Source: Polyangiaceae bacterium (lineage in GTDB: Bacteria > Myxococcota_A > Polyangia > Polyangiales > Polyangiaceae). From it: a stretch of DNA of 64,000 nucleotides. The notes beneath the pieces were generated by a model. It saw only the letters and a list, made by a program, of their open reading frames with translations. It ran no database searches and was not told the DNA's origin. The translations under genes were made by a program, and so were the position numbers. The stretch lies in the NCBI GenBank assembly GCA_052147435.1, contig JBKQKP010000042.1:1-64000 (forward strand), given 5' to 3'. Position 1 is the stretch's first letter; each line of letters opens with the position of its first letter. Shown here piece by piece: positions 38,224 through 47,900 of this stretch.

Positions 38224-41043
38224 ATGTACGAAGGCACGATGGCCGAGCTCCTCTCCGCGGCAGCGACCGTCAGTCTGACGGAAGCGATGGACCAAGCGCC
38301 CGTCGCGGTCATCGCGACGGGGACGACGATCGGGCGGTACGTCGTCGTGGGGCACCTCGGCTCCGGCGGGATGGGGAGCGTCTACGCGGCCTACGACACG
38401 CAACTCGAGCGGCGCGTCGCGATCAAGGTGCTCCGCCCGGACGCGCGCGGCACCGACGGGCGCGCGCGCCTCCTGCGCGAGGCGCAGGCGATGGCGCGCC
38501 TCGCGCACCCCAACGTCCTCGCGGTGCACGACGTGGGGACCTACGGGGACGACGTCTTCATCGCGCTGGAGTACATCGAGGGGCGCACGCTCAAGGCGTG
38601 GATGCAGGAAAGCCACGGGTGGCGCGAAGCGCTCGCGGTGCTCAAGGCGGCGGGGAGGGGGCTCGCGGCGGCGCACGCCGCGGGGCTCGTACACCGCGAC
38701 TTCAAACCGGAGAACGTGCTCATCGGCGGGGACGGCCGCGTCGTGGTCGCCGACTTCGGCATCGCGCGGGCGCAAGGCGCGGACGAGACCCCTTCGGAGC
38801 GGACGATCCCCGCGCGCCCGCCGGTCGAGAGCGACGTTACGGCGACGCTGCGCACGGGGCGCACGGGGGACACGGGCGCGCCGGTCTCGTCGCGAACGGG
38901 CCCCTCGGTGCTCGAGACGCCGCTCACCGAGACGGGCGCGCTCATGGGGACGGCGGGGTACATGTCGCCGGAGCGCGCGTTCGAGGCGCGCGACGACGCG
39001 CGGAGCGATCAGTTCAGCTTCGCCGTGACGGCGTACCGCGTCCTTTATGGTCGCCCCCCCTTCGCGTACTCGGACGTCTCCACGTACATGACGTCGCTGC
39101 TGTCGGCGCCGCAGCCCCCTCCGGCGGGGTCGCGCGTTCCGGCGTGGGTCCAGGCGGCGATCGCGCGCGGCCTCGCCCGTGAACCAGACGACCGGTTCGC
39201 GTCGATGGACGATCTGCTCGCGGCGCTCGACCGCGATCCGACGCGGCCGCGCGTCGCCTGGGCGATCGGCGTGGCCGTCGTTCTGGTCGCAGGTGCGGCG
39301 CTCCTGGTCTCGGCGCACGAGCGGAGCGCAATCCACGCCCGCTGCGCCGCGGGGGACGCGCTCATCGCCGAAGCCTGGAACCCGGGCCTCCGAGACGCAG
39401 TCGGCGCCGCCATCCGGGGGACGGGGGTGCCGCACGCCGACGACACCGCCGACCGCACGCAGCGGGTCCTCGACGACTGGTCGAGGACGTGGGCGGCGGC
39501 GTTCCGCGACGCGTCCGAGGCGACCCTCCTGCGCGGCGTCGAGAGCACGACGACGATGACCGCGCGGCTCGCGTGCCTCGAGCGCCAGCGGGAGGCGCTC
39601 GCCGCGCTCTCCGACCGCCTCGCGCACGCCGACAAGGCCGCCGCGCACCGCGCGCTCGCCGCCGCGTACGAGCTGCCACCGCCGAAGGGGTGCTGGGAAC
39701 CGAACGCCGCTCGCTCCGCCGCGCTCCCCGACGCGCCGGGGCCGCGCGCGCGGGTCGTGGCGCTTCAGAAGGAGCTCGCCCAGGCGTCCGCGCTCACGAT
39801 GACCGGGAGCTGCGATGGGGTGATCGCCGCGGCGAACCGGGGGATCGAGGAGGCGCGCGCGATCCCGCACCGCGCCTCGGAGGCCGAGTTCCTGATGCTC
39901 CGCGCCGGGTGCGAGTGGGACTCGGGCGACGTGAGCGCCTCGGTCGTGTCGGAGCAGGCGGCGTTCGTCGCGGCGCTCGCCGCGGGGGACGACTCGCTCG
40001 CCGCCGTGGTGACATCGAAGATCGCATTCGACTACGCGGACCGGGTCGCGAAGGCGAACGAGGCCGAGCAGTGGCTCGCGATCGGCAAGGGAATCGTCGA
40101 GCGCGAAGGGCGCGACGACCGCGCCGAGGCCGAGCTCCTCAACGCCGAGGTCGAGGTCCTCTCGTTCGAGGGGTACGGGGAGCGGACGATCCCCCTCCAC
40201 GAGCGCGACATCGAGCTCCTCACGCGCGTCTACGGCCCCGCGCACCCTACGGTCGCGGCGGCCTACAACAACTACGCGACCGATCTGAACGACGTCGGCC
40301 GCCAGGAGGAGGGGCTCGCGGCGCTCCGGAAGGGGGTCGCGATCAACGAGGCGGTCTATGGCCCGAACGACCCGATGCTCCATATCGACTACAACAACAT
40401 CGGCGTCGCTTACACGCAGCTCGGCCGGTACGACGACGCGCGCGAGGCGCTCGCGCACGCCCTCGTCCTCGTGAAGCCGCTCGGCCCGAAGACCGCGAAC
40501 GCGATCGTCCTATGGGCGTCGATGGCGGTCGTCGACAACCGCGCGGGGCGCCCGGACGCGGCGATGGACGATGTCGAGCAGGCGATGGCGATCGTGCGGG
40601 AGACCGGCGACAACGGTGCGCGCTTCCTCCCGTGCCTCTACGAGCAGCGCGGTCGCGCGCTCCTCGCGCGGCACGACGCGGCGGGTGCCGTCGCCGCGTG
40701 CGCCCAGGGGGTGAAGCTCCAGGAGGAGCAGGGGGTGATCGGACCGGACAAGATCTACACGGACGACGCCATAACGTGCCTCGGCGAATCGGAGCTCGCC
40801 GCGCGGAAGCTCGACGACGCGATCTCCCACCTCGAGCGGAGCGTGGCGCTGACCAAGAGGGACTGGAAGGGGGGGCTGCCGATCGCCGAGATCGACCTCG
40901 CGAAGGCGCTGCGCGCGGCGAACAGGGATATCGAGAGGGCGCGAAGCCTCGCGGAGGAGGGGGTTGCGGGGCTGAAGGGGGTGACGGGGGCGGAGGCGCA
41001 AGAGAAAGAGGGGGAGGCGTGGTTGGCGGAGTGGAAGAGGTGA
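38224..41043 (+). CDS. Hanks-type Ser/Thr protein kinase with a ~600-aa C-terminal TPR domain
   Basis: LGSGGMGSVYAAYD, AIKVL, HRDFKPENVLI, DFGIAR, SPER. TM helix near aa 345. TPR repeats (YNNYATDLNDVGRQEEGLAALRKGVAI..., YNNIGVAYTQLGRYDDAREAL). Confidence 0.9.
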   Translation: MYEGTMAELLSAAATVSLTEAMDQAPVAVIATGTTIGRYVVVGHLGSGGMGSVYAAYDTQLERRVAIKVLRPDARGTDGRARLLREAQAMARLAHPNVLAVHDVGTYGDDVFIALEYIEGRTLKAWMQESHGWREALAVLKAAGRGLAAAHAAGLVHRDFKPENVLIGGDGRVVVADFGIARAQGADETPSERTIPARPPVESDVTATLRTGRTGDTGAPVSSRTGPSVLETPLTETGALMGTAGYMSPERAFEARDDARSDQFSFAVTAYRVLYGRPPFAYSDVSTYMTSLLSAPQPPPAGSRVPAWVQAAIARGLAREPDDRFASMDDLLAALDRDPTRPRVAWAIGVAVVLVAGAALLVSAHERSAIHARCAAGDALIAEAWNPGLRDAVGAAIRGTGVPHADDTADRTQRVLDDWSRTWAAAFRDASEATLLRGVESTTTMTARLACLERQREALAALSDRLAHADKAAAHRALAAAYELPPPKGCWEPNAARSAALPDAPGPRARVVALQKELAQASALTMTGSCDGVIAAANRGIEEARAIPHRASEAEFLMLRAGCEWDSGDVSASVVSEQAAFVAALAAGDDSLAAVVTSKIAFDYADRVAKANEAEQWLAIGKGIVEREGRDDRAEAELLNAEVEVLSFEGYGERTIPLHERDIELLTRVYGPAHPTVAAAYNNYATDLNDVGRQEEGLAALRKGVAINEAVYGPNDPMLHIDYNNIGVAYTQLGRYDDAREALAHALVLVKPLGPKTANAIVLWASMAVVDNRAGRPDAAMDDVEQAMAIVRETGDNGARFLPCLYEQRGRALLARHDAAGAVAACAQGVKLQEEQGVIGPDKIYTDDAITCLGESELAARKLDDAISHLERSVALTKRDWKGGLPIAEIDLAKALRAANRDIERARSLAEEGVAGLKGVTGAEAQEKEGEAWLAEWKR

Positions 41044-41251
41044 GGCCTGCCGCCTTCCCAGTCTTTCCCTCTTCTCGAAGCCGGCGCCCCGCCCCAACCA
41101 CCGCACCCCAGAAGTGCGGCGATTGCCGTCGAGACCAAGCGAGCCCTAGGAGCGGATGAGGAGCCGTACTCCTGTACGGCGACGATTCCCGACGACGGGA
41201 TCGCGCCGGTATCGGCGGCAAGCGCCGCGCTTCTGGCTCCCCACTCCTGCG

Positions 41252-41372
41252 GCTACGCAAACCGCGTCTTAAGGTCGCGCGGTGCGAGGGAGGAGCCCTG
41301 CGACGGGCGATCTTAAGACGAGGCGCGACGCAACGGCGGCGCCGCCGGCGCGTCTTAAGACGCGCGTCTGCA
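41252..41372. promoter_or_regulatory. Three CTTAAG-centred palindromic sites (cgcgtcttaaggtcgcgcg / cgatcttaagacgaggcgcg / gcgcgtcttaagacgcgcgtct)
   Basis: Direct reading. The third site is a perfect 18-bp palindrome with a nested agacgcgcgtct palindrome. The region is intergenic between convergent genes. Confidence 0.5.
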
Positions 41373-41408
41373 GCCGCCGGAGCCCCCACGGCGGGCCCGT
41401 CTCCTCAG

Positions 41409-41978
41409 TCATCGTCTTTCCGATCCACCCGCGACGTGCTCGCGGACGGCCCCGACAACGTCCGGCACGACGCGCGCGAGCCGCTCGAGCAGCTCGGCGA
41501 AGGTCATCGGTGGCTTCACGAGATCCGCCGCTTGATCGCGGAGCAATCCGACGAACTCGTCGGGGTCCAGGTCAAACAGGTTGCACAGGAACTCGTCCGG
41601 GGACTGCGCCTCGACCCCCTCCGGCAGGCTGGCGAAGTCCCGGAGGTTCGACGTCGCGATGACCTGGGCGCCGGCCTTCACCGCGGCCGCTACGACGTGG
41701 CGGTCCTTCTCGTGATTCTGCATGCCGGCGACGAGTGGCTCGTATCCCTTGACGTCAGCCTCGGGGAACTCGCGCTCCATGATCGCGCGAAGCTTCTGCG
41801 CCCTGTCTTCGCTCATCGTCTCGGTGGAGATCAGATTCCGCGTCATCTCGTCGAGGATCTGCGACGACCACCGTGCCTGATAGAGACCTGCCGCTGCCGC
41901 GCGCAGGAGCGTGTCTCGAAGCGTGAAGGGGAAGAGGACGTTGGCGTCGAGTACGACGACGAAAGGCGCGGGGACCAT
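41409..41978 (-). CDS. PIN-domain ribonuclease (type II toxin)
   Basis: VVLDANVLFP (first acidic residue), ...DRHVVAAAVKAGAQVIATSNLRDF (conserved distal Asp). 189 aa. Confidence 0.7.
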   Translation of the reverse strand: MVPAPFVVVLDANVLFPFTLRDTLLRAAAAGLYQARWSSQILDEMTRNLISTETMSEDRAQKLRAIMEREFPEADVKGYEPLVAGMQNHEKDRHVVAAAVKAGAQVIATSNLRDFASLPEGVEAQSPDEFLCNLFDLDPDEFVGLLRDQAADLVKPPMTFAELLERLARVVPDVVGAVREHVAGGSERR

Positions 41979-41994
41979 GAGTCTGAGCTCGACG

Positions 41995-42495
41995 CTACTC
42001 TTTCACCTCAGCGTCGTAGCCCCCGAACTCCTGCGTCAGCTGCGAGAGCTCGCGAAGCCCGGCACGTCGGTCCTTGTCCCGCTTTTCCTTGAACGCGAGC
42101 ACGTCCTCGACGCGGAGCCGGCGGTGCTTTCCCGTCTTTCGGAACGGGATGCGCCCCTCGTCGAGGAGCCGGACGAGGTATTGTCGCGACACGTTCAACA
42201 GATCGGCAGCTTGCTGCGTCGTGACCTCCTTGCCCACGGGCACGATCGTGATCGAGTCACCGCGTGCCAGAACCTCTGCAACGCGCTCGAGGACGTAGAA
42301 CACGGACGCCGGAATCGGAATCGTCTCCGCCTTCGGACCGACGAGCTGGCACCTCGGCGCTCGTCGCTGCGGCGGGTGCACCATGCCCTCCAGGGCGCGC
42401 GACAAGGCCGCGACCTGCGCCTGCTGCTCGGGCGGTGCCGAGACCGGCGTCATCCGGCGGATGAGATCCTCCATCGAGTGGGACATCGCGGTCAT
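41995..42495 (-). CDS. Helix-turn-helix (excisionase/MerR-like) DNA-binding protein, cognate antitoxin of the PIN protein
   Basis: HTH TTQQAADLLNVSRQYLVRLLDEGRIPFRKTGKHRRL. 17-nt gap to the PIN gene on the same strand. Start at MTAMSHS. Confidence 0.65.
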   Translation of the reverse strand: MTAMSHSMEDLIRRMTPVSAPPEQQAQVAALSRALEGMVHPPQRRAPRCQLVGPKAETIPIPASVFYVLERVAEVLARGDSITIVPVGKEVTTQQAADLLNVSRQYLVRLLDEGRIPFRKTGKHRRLRVEDVLAFKEKRDKDRRAGLRELSQLTQEFGGYDAEVKE

Positions 42496-42973
42496 CGGGA
42501 ACTCCTTAGACCCAAGCGTAACCGTAGACGTCCTAAAAGCAACTGTAAACGACACAGACGCACCTAGACCAGTCCGCCTCCGCTCCGCTACCCGCCGGGC
42601 GAAGGCGCGTTGGACCGCGAGGCACGCACGCGACATCAGTCGGCGCCGGATGTCGCGTCGTGATCACGGCAGCGCGCGAGCCGTCGGAGGTCGCTGCCGT
42701 GGCCAGAGGGGGCGGCGCCGACCAGATCTTTGCGCGGACCGCCGACGTGACGCGCAAGGATGGCCGGCGCGCGCTAGCAACCCGCGGCCCTTCCGCCGTG
42801 CGACCATGGGAACATGCTCGGCTCCTGCTCAGCGCACCCGTCTCCGCCGTCGCATGCCGCGCCGGGGACCCCTGCGTTGAGAACGAGGGCGCGCCGAGCC
42901 GCGTGGCGATGGGCGGTGGGGGCCCCGTGATACGCCGGCCTCGTACAGCGCGCCCCCCGCAGGTAGGCGCGTC

Positions 42974-44281
42974 ATGACCTCCTCTGATCCCAGCCGCCTC
43001 ATCGCCGCGCTGGCCCGCGACCAGATCAACCTCGATCTGAAGACCGTCGACCTCTGCTTCCTCGCCGGGCTCTACCTCCGGGCCGATCGGGCGGCGCTGA
43101 CCTCATTCGAGGAGGACGTGCTCGTCGACATGTTCGAGCAGGTCTGCGACGTGGTCGACCCGGGCGCCGAAAACCCGCGCAAGCGTGCGACGCACGCGAT
43201 CCAGCGCCTACGCGAGCAGCGAATGCTCGCACGAGTCGATGGAGCGGGGATCGTTCGTGCCGGCGAGTACGCGCTGACGCGGCTCGCGGCGGCCGTCGTC
43301 GAGTACTTCCTCGCCGACGAGGCGCTCACGCGCGAGAGCCTCACCCTGCTGACCGGCACCCTGCGCGCGCAGCTCGCCGAGGTCCTCGCCGCCGCCAAGC
43401 GGGCCGGCACCGACGAGGCGTGGAGGCAGGATGTCGTCGGGCCTCTGCGCGTGACTGTGGGCGATCTCGTTCAGGGCATAGAGCGTCGTCAGCGGGGACT
43501 CGATTCGCAGCAGGAAGAGGTCCAGGCCGAGATCGCCACGCTCCTCCAGGCCGACTGGTTCGGAGCGGTCGAGCGGTGCCAATCGCTTCTCGACACGACA
43601 ACCAACACGCTCCGCGAGCTGAACGAGGTGCTGCTGCGCGATACGCACCACATCGTCGCGCTGCTCCAGGAGATCCAGAGCAACGCGAGCGCCGCGGGGA
43701 ACACCGAAGCTGAGGAGACCGTCCAGCGCGTCATCGAACACGTGGACCGCATCGCGGCGTGGGGCGCCGCGCGGCAGCGTGCGTGGTCGGACTACTACCA
43801 GTACGTTCATCGCTACCTCCGCGACGTCGTGCGCCTCGATCCCGACCGCGCCCTCAGCCAACGCCTCCGCGACCAGCTCGCAGGCTGGACGGGACGTCCC
43901 TTCTTCACGCTCGTGGCCCACGCCCCGTCCATCCGGCTGCTGCGCCCGCTGGAGGCCCGCGTTGAACGCCCTGCCGTAGCAAGGCCGCGTGCCGACCGGG
44001 AGATGGCGCCGAGCCTCGTGACTGCGGAAGATGCGCTCGCCCAACTCGAGGCGCTGGTGCGCGCCGCCCTCGCCGAAGGTGCCGTCGGGCTCGTCGACGT
44101 GACGGCTCGGGTGCTCCCCGCGTTGCCGCCCGAGACCTACTACGCCGCCGCTGGGCGGATCGCAGATGCACTGGCACGGATCGCCCGAGTGCGGTCCGAA
44201 CATGAGCGACCCTGGCGAGCCGTCATCGAACGGCTCGAGATTGAGGACTGGTCGATCCCGCCCGAGCGAGGTGGGGGATGA
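42974..44281 (+). CDS. jetA: Wadjet JetA (MksF-like kleisin subunit)
   Basis: First gene of a 4-gene operon with JetB/JetC/JetD in canonical order and with 4-nt start/stop overlaps. 435 aa, helical. Assignment rests on position and size; I cannot recall diagnostic JetA motifs to verify it residue by residue. Confidence 0.6.
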   Translation: MTSSDPSRLIAALARDQINLDLKTVDLCFLAGLYLRADRAALTSFEEDVLVDMFEQVCDVVDPGAENPRKRATHAIQRLREQRMLARVDGAGIVRAGEYALTRLAAAVVEYFLADEALTRESLTLLTGTLRAQLAEVLAAAKRAGTDEAWRQDVVGPLRVTVGDLVQGIERRQRGLDSQQEEVQAEIATLLQADWFGAVERCQSLLDTTTNTLRELNEVLLRDTHHIVALLQEIQSNASAAGNTEAEETVQRVIEHVDRIAAWGAARQRAWSDYYQYVHRYLRDVVRLDPDRALSQRLRDQLAGWTGRPFFTLVAHAPSIRLLRPLEARVERPAVARPRADREMAPSLVTAEDALAQLEALVRAALAEGAVGLVDVTARVLPALPPETYYAAAGRIADALARIARVRSEHERPWRAVIERLEIEDWSIPPERGGG

Positions 44282-44958
44282 CGAGCGCGACCTTTCAGTC
44301 GCTCGAAGAGGTGATCCGCGACGAGCATTTTCCAGACACCGACCTCGCCCTTCGCCGTGGTCGACATATCGGCCGGGATGACGGCACGGCCTACGACTTC
44401 CTCGTCGATGCTGCCGACCACCTCGAGCCCTTCTACCGGCGCTTCGGCTGCGAGCTGGTGCAGCGCAGCGACGGCTACTTCTACCTGCTCCCCTCCGGCG
44501 ACAGGCTCGGCCGGCGGCAGCTTTCCGCTGGCGAGATGTTGGTTGGGCAAACGCTCGCACTGCTGTACCTCGATCCATCGACGCTGCAGCACGGCGGCGT
44601 TGTCGAGCGGGAGGTCCTCCTCCAGCGCCTCGCCGGCCTCATCGGAACGGAGTCGCTGGTGCGCACACTCAACCCGCGGCGCAAGAGATTCGACGAGCGA
44701 ATCGCCGCCGAGACGGTCCGCACGCAGGTGGGCGACGCGCTCCGCAAGCTCTCCGATCTCGGCTTCGTGGATCTGATCGACGAACCGCGGCTGCGCCTCC
44801 GCCCCGCGCTTCTTCGTTTCGCCGAGCCCGTTCGCGGCATCCAGGACCAAGCCAGCGCACTCGAGCGACTCGTCGCGCGCGGCGAAGTGATCCTCGCCGA
44901 AGCGCCCGACGGTGACGATACCGGGCCCGAGCCAGAAGACGAGGAGCCCACGCGATGA
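44278..44958 (+). CDS. jetB: Wadjet JetB (MksE-like subunit)
   Basis: 226 aa, acidic C-terminus. Sits between the kleisin-like and SMC-like genes with overlapping stop/start codons. Confidence 0.6.
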   Translation: MTSATFQSLEEVIRDEHFPDTDLALRRGRHIGRDDGTAYDFLVDAADHLEPFYRRFGCELVQRSDGYFYLLPSGDRLGRRQLSAGEMLVGQTLALLYLDPSTLQHGGVVEREVLLQRLAGLIGTESLVRTLNPRRKRFDERIAAETVRTQVGDALRKLSDLGFVDLIDEPRLRLRPALLRFAEPVRGIQDQASALERLVARGEVILAEAPDGDDTGPEPEDEEPTR

Positions 44959-47900
44959 GCCGCGCGCGCGCCGAGGCCCTCGTCCTCGTGAACTGGAAGG
45001 GCGTGTTCTACGAGCGGTATCTGCTCGATCGGCACGTCACGGCTCTCGAGGGCGCAAACGGAGCGGGCAAGACGACCGTGATGATCGCGGCGTACGTCGT
45101 GCTCTTGCCAGACATGTCGCGTCTGCGTTTCACCAATCTCGGCGAAACGGGAGCGACGGGCGGCGACAAGGGCATCTGGGGGCGTCTCGGCGAGGCCGGT
45201 CGTCCCGCATACGCGGCGCTCGACTTCGCGCTATCCGGCGCGCGCCGGTTGATCGCCGGCGTTCACCTCGAGCGCAAGGGCGAGCCCTCGGTCGAGCCGA
45301 CGCCCTTCATCGTCACCGGACTCGGAGCCGACGTTCGCCTCCAGGACCTCATGCTGGTCGCGCAGGGAGACACAGAGGTCGTCCCGGAGCTCACCGAGCT
45401 GCGCGAGAGCGCTGCTCGGCTCGGCGGACGTCTGCAGGTGTTCACGTCCGCGCGCGACTACTTCGCGGCGCTGTTCGACGAGGGCGTGACTCCGTTGCGG
45501 CTCGGCACCGACGAGGAGCGTAACAAGCTCAACGAGATGCTGCGGACGAGCATGACCGGCGGCATCTCCCGCGCGCTGACGTCGGAGCTGCGTTCCTTTC
45601 TTCTCAAGGAAGAAGGCGGCCTCGCCGACACGCTCCAGCGGATGAAGGCGAACCTCGACGCGTGTCGGCGCACCCGAACCGAGGTGCACGAGTCGCAGCG
45701 TCTCGAGCGGGAGATCGGCGGCGTGTTCGACGCGGGGCAGACGATGTTCGCGGCGGTGTTCCTAGCCACGAGAGAGCGAGCCGACGAGCTGCAGCGGCGT
45801 GTCACCGAGGCGGAAGCCGTGCGCGTTACCGCGAGCGCGGCGCATCTCGAGGCGCAGAAGGCGCTCGAAGGCGTGCGCCGGGATCTCGATTCCGCCGAGG
45901 CTCGACGCGTGGAAGGTGACGCGACGCTCACGGGCGCAAGGGACTGGCTCACGCGCGTCCGGGCCGCGCTTGCGGCGGCCCAGGACGTCGCACGACGCAC
46001 TGAAGAGCTCGAAGCTGCGGAGAAGGTCGAGCGCGCGGCGGCCCGTGAGAGGGCCATCGCGGATGAGGCTCGCGAGGCGCGACGCGCGGAGCGCAAGCGC
46101 GCCCAACAGAATCACAAGAGAGCAGCGGGCGGCCTCGCAGACCTTCAGCGGGGGCTCGAAGAGCTCCATCGTCGCGCCGGGGCCTATCATCAGGTCCTCC
46201 GGCGACGAACCGAAGCCGAGAAGCTTCTCGGCGAAACCCAGCTGCCGAGCACCGCGCTCGATACGAGACTCACGGAGTGCCGCTCGAACCTGGCCGAGGC
46301 GGATCGCGAGCGGCGCGATGGGGCGCAGCGGCTCGCCGATGCCGCCGCTCATCGCGATGAGCACGCCAAGGTGCTGAACGCTCTGCAAACGCTTGGGAAC
46401 AAGGACGTGGATGCGGAGACGGCGCACGCGTCAGCGCTCGACCAGCTCCGTCGGCTACGGGAGCTGCGCGCCGTTGCCGACCGTGCGCCTTCCATCTCGA
46501 AAGAACTCGACGCCGCGCGCAGGCTTGCTGGCCGGCAGGCCAGCGTCCGCGAGCGCGCACAAAAGCTTGGCGTGGCTCTCGGTGAAGGGCCAGCGGGTGA
46601 GCAGCTTCGGGGCCTGCTCGAGGACGCGGAGTCCGACCGGGCTCAGCTCGAAGAGGCGGAACGCACCGCGCGAGCGAGCCTGGCCGACGTAGAACGACTG
46701 CTCAAGGATGCCCACGGGCGCCGCCGTGAGCTGGCAGAGAAGGAGCCCCAGTGGCGCGACCTCGCCGAACGGGCTGGACGTCTCGGGGATGCCGCGTCGC
46801 TCCCGCTCGTGGATCGCGCGGCGCTCGACCGCGCCCGCGCCTTCGTCGGCGAGCAGCTCGACGCGGCGCGAAAGCGAGAGGACGAGCTCACGCGCGCGAG
46901 GGAGCAGCTCCATGCGGAAGCGCGCGAGCTGCTCGCCGCCGGAGGGCCGTTCGACCCCGAGCTTCTGCGGTTGAAGGATCAGCTTGCGGCGGATCTGTTC
47001 GCGGCGAGCTTCGAGGATGTGGGGCTCGACGAAGCGGGTGCGCTCGAGGCGCGTCTCGGACCGCTCGCGCAGGCCCTCATCGTCGACGACCCGGTATCCG
47101 CGGCCGAGGCGATCGCGACCCGTCAGAGTAGCCTGGCGTCGGTTTGGCTCGTGGCGCGTGATCAGAACGTGTCCGCATTGGCGCTCGACACGAGCCAGCG
47201 TCCGGGGTCACGGGACGTGCTTGTCGAGGAGGGCCCCGCGCTGCGCGTGTCACGCATTCCGGATCGGCCTCGCCTCGGACGAACGGCTCGCGAGCAGCGA
47301 GCCGCCGACCTGCGAGCGGAAGCCGCCCTGCGCGAGAAGGAGCTCGAGGAAGAGTGGACGCGCCGGCGTGCGCTCGAGCGCCTCGCGGCTGACGGGGACG
47401 CGCTGCTCGCGGGGCACGTCGTCTGGCTCGCCGGTGATCCCGGTCCCGGGCTTGCCGAGCTCCGGCGGCGCATCGTCGAAGGCGAAGCGCAGGCGGGGAT
47501 CCACGGAGGTGCCGCAACCCGCAACGCCGAGGCAGCTCGCGCGCTGCGTCCACGCATCGACGGACTCCGGGGGCTCCTTGGCGATGCTCTCTTGCTCGAC
47601 CCACCGGACCATGCTGCACGAGCCGCGGCGCTGGACGACGAGCAACGGGCGTCCATCGCGGCGCAGAGCGAGATCGCGCGGAGCGGAGGGGCCGCTCGCA
47701 TCGTGGAGGACCGGCTCGAGGTGTTGCGCCGATCGCCGCTGTCCGAGGCGGACATTGCCGCCCTGCGACGGCGCGTCGAGGAGCTTCGGGAACAACGCGA
47801 TCGGTTGGAGGGTGCCATCGATGCTATCGACTACATCGCCAAGAACGTCGAGGCTCTCGGTTGGGGAGACGCGTCCGCGAAGCTGCAGCAGAACCAGGCG

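Noticed and set aside
38128-40458. 776-aa minus-strand ORF
   Set aside because: Antisense to the kinase gene at 38224, which has full Hanks motifs.
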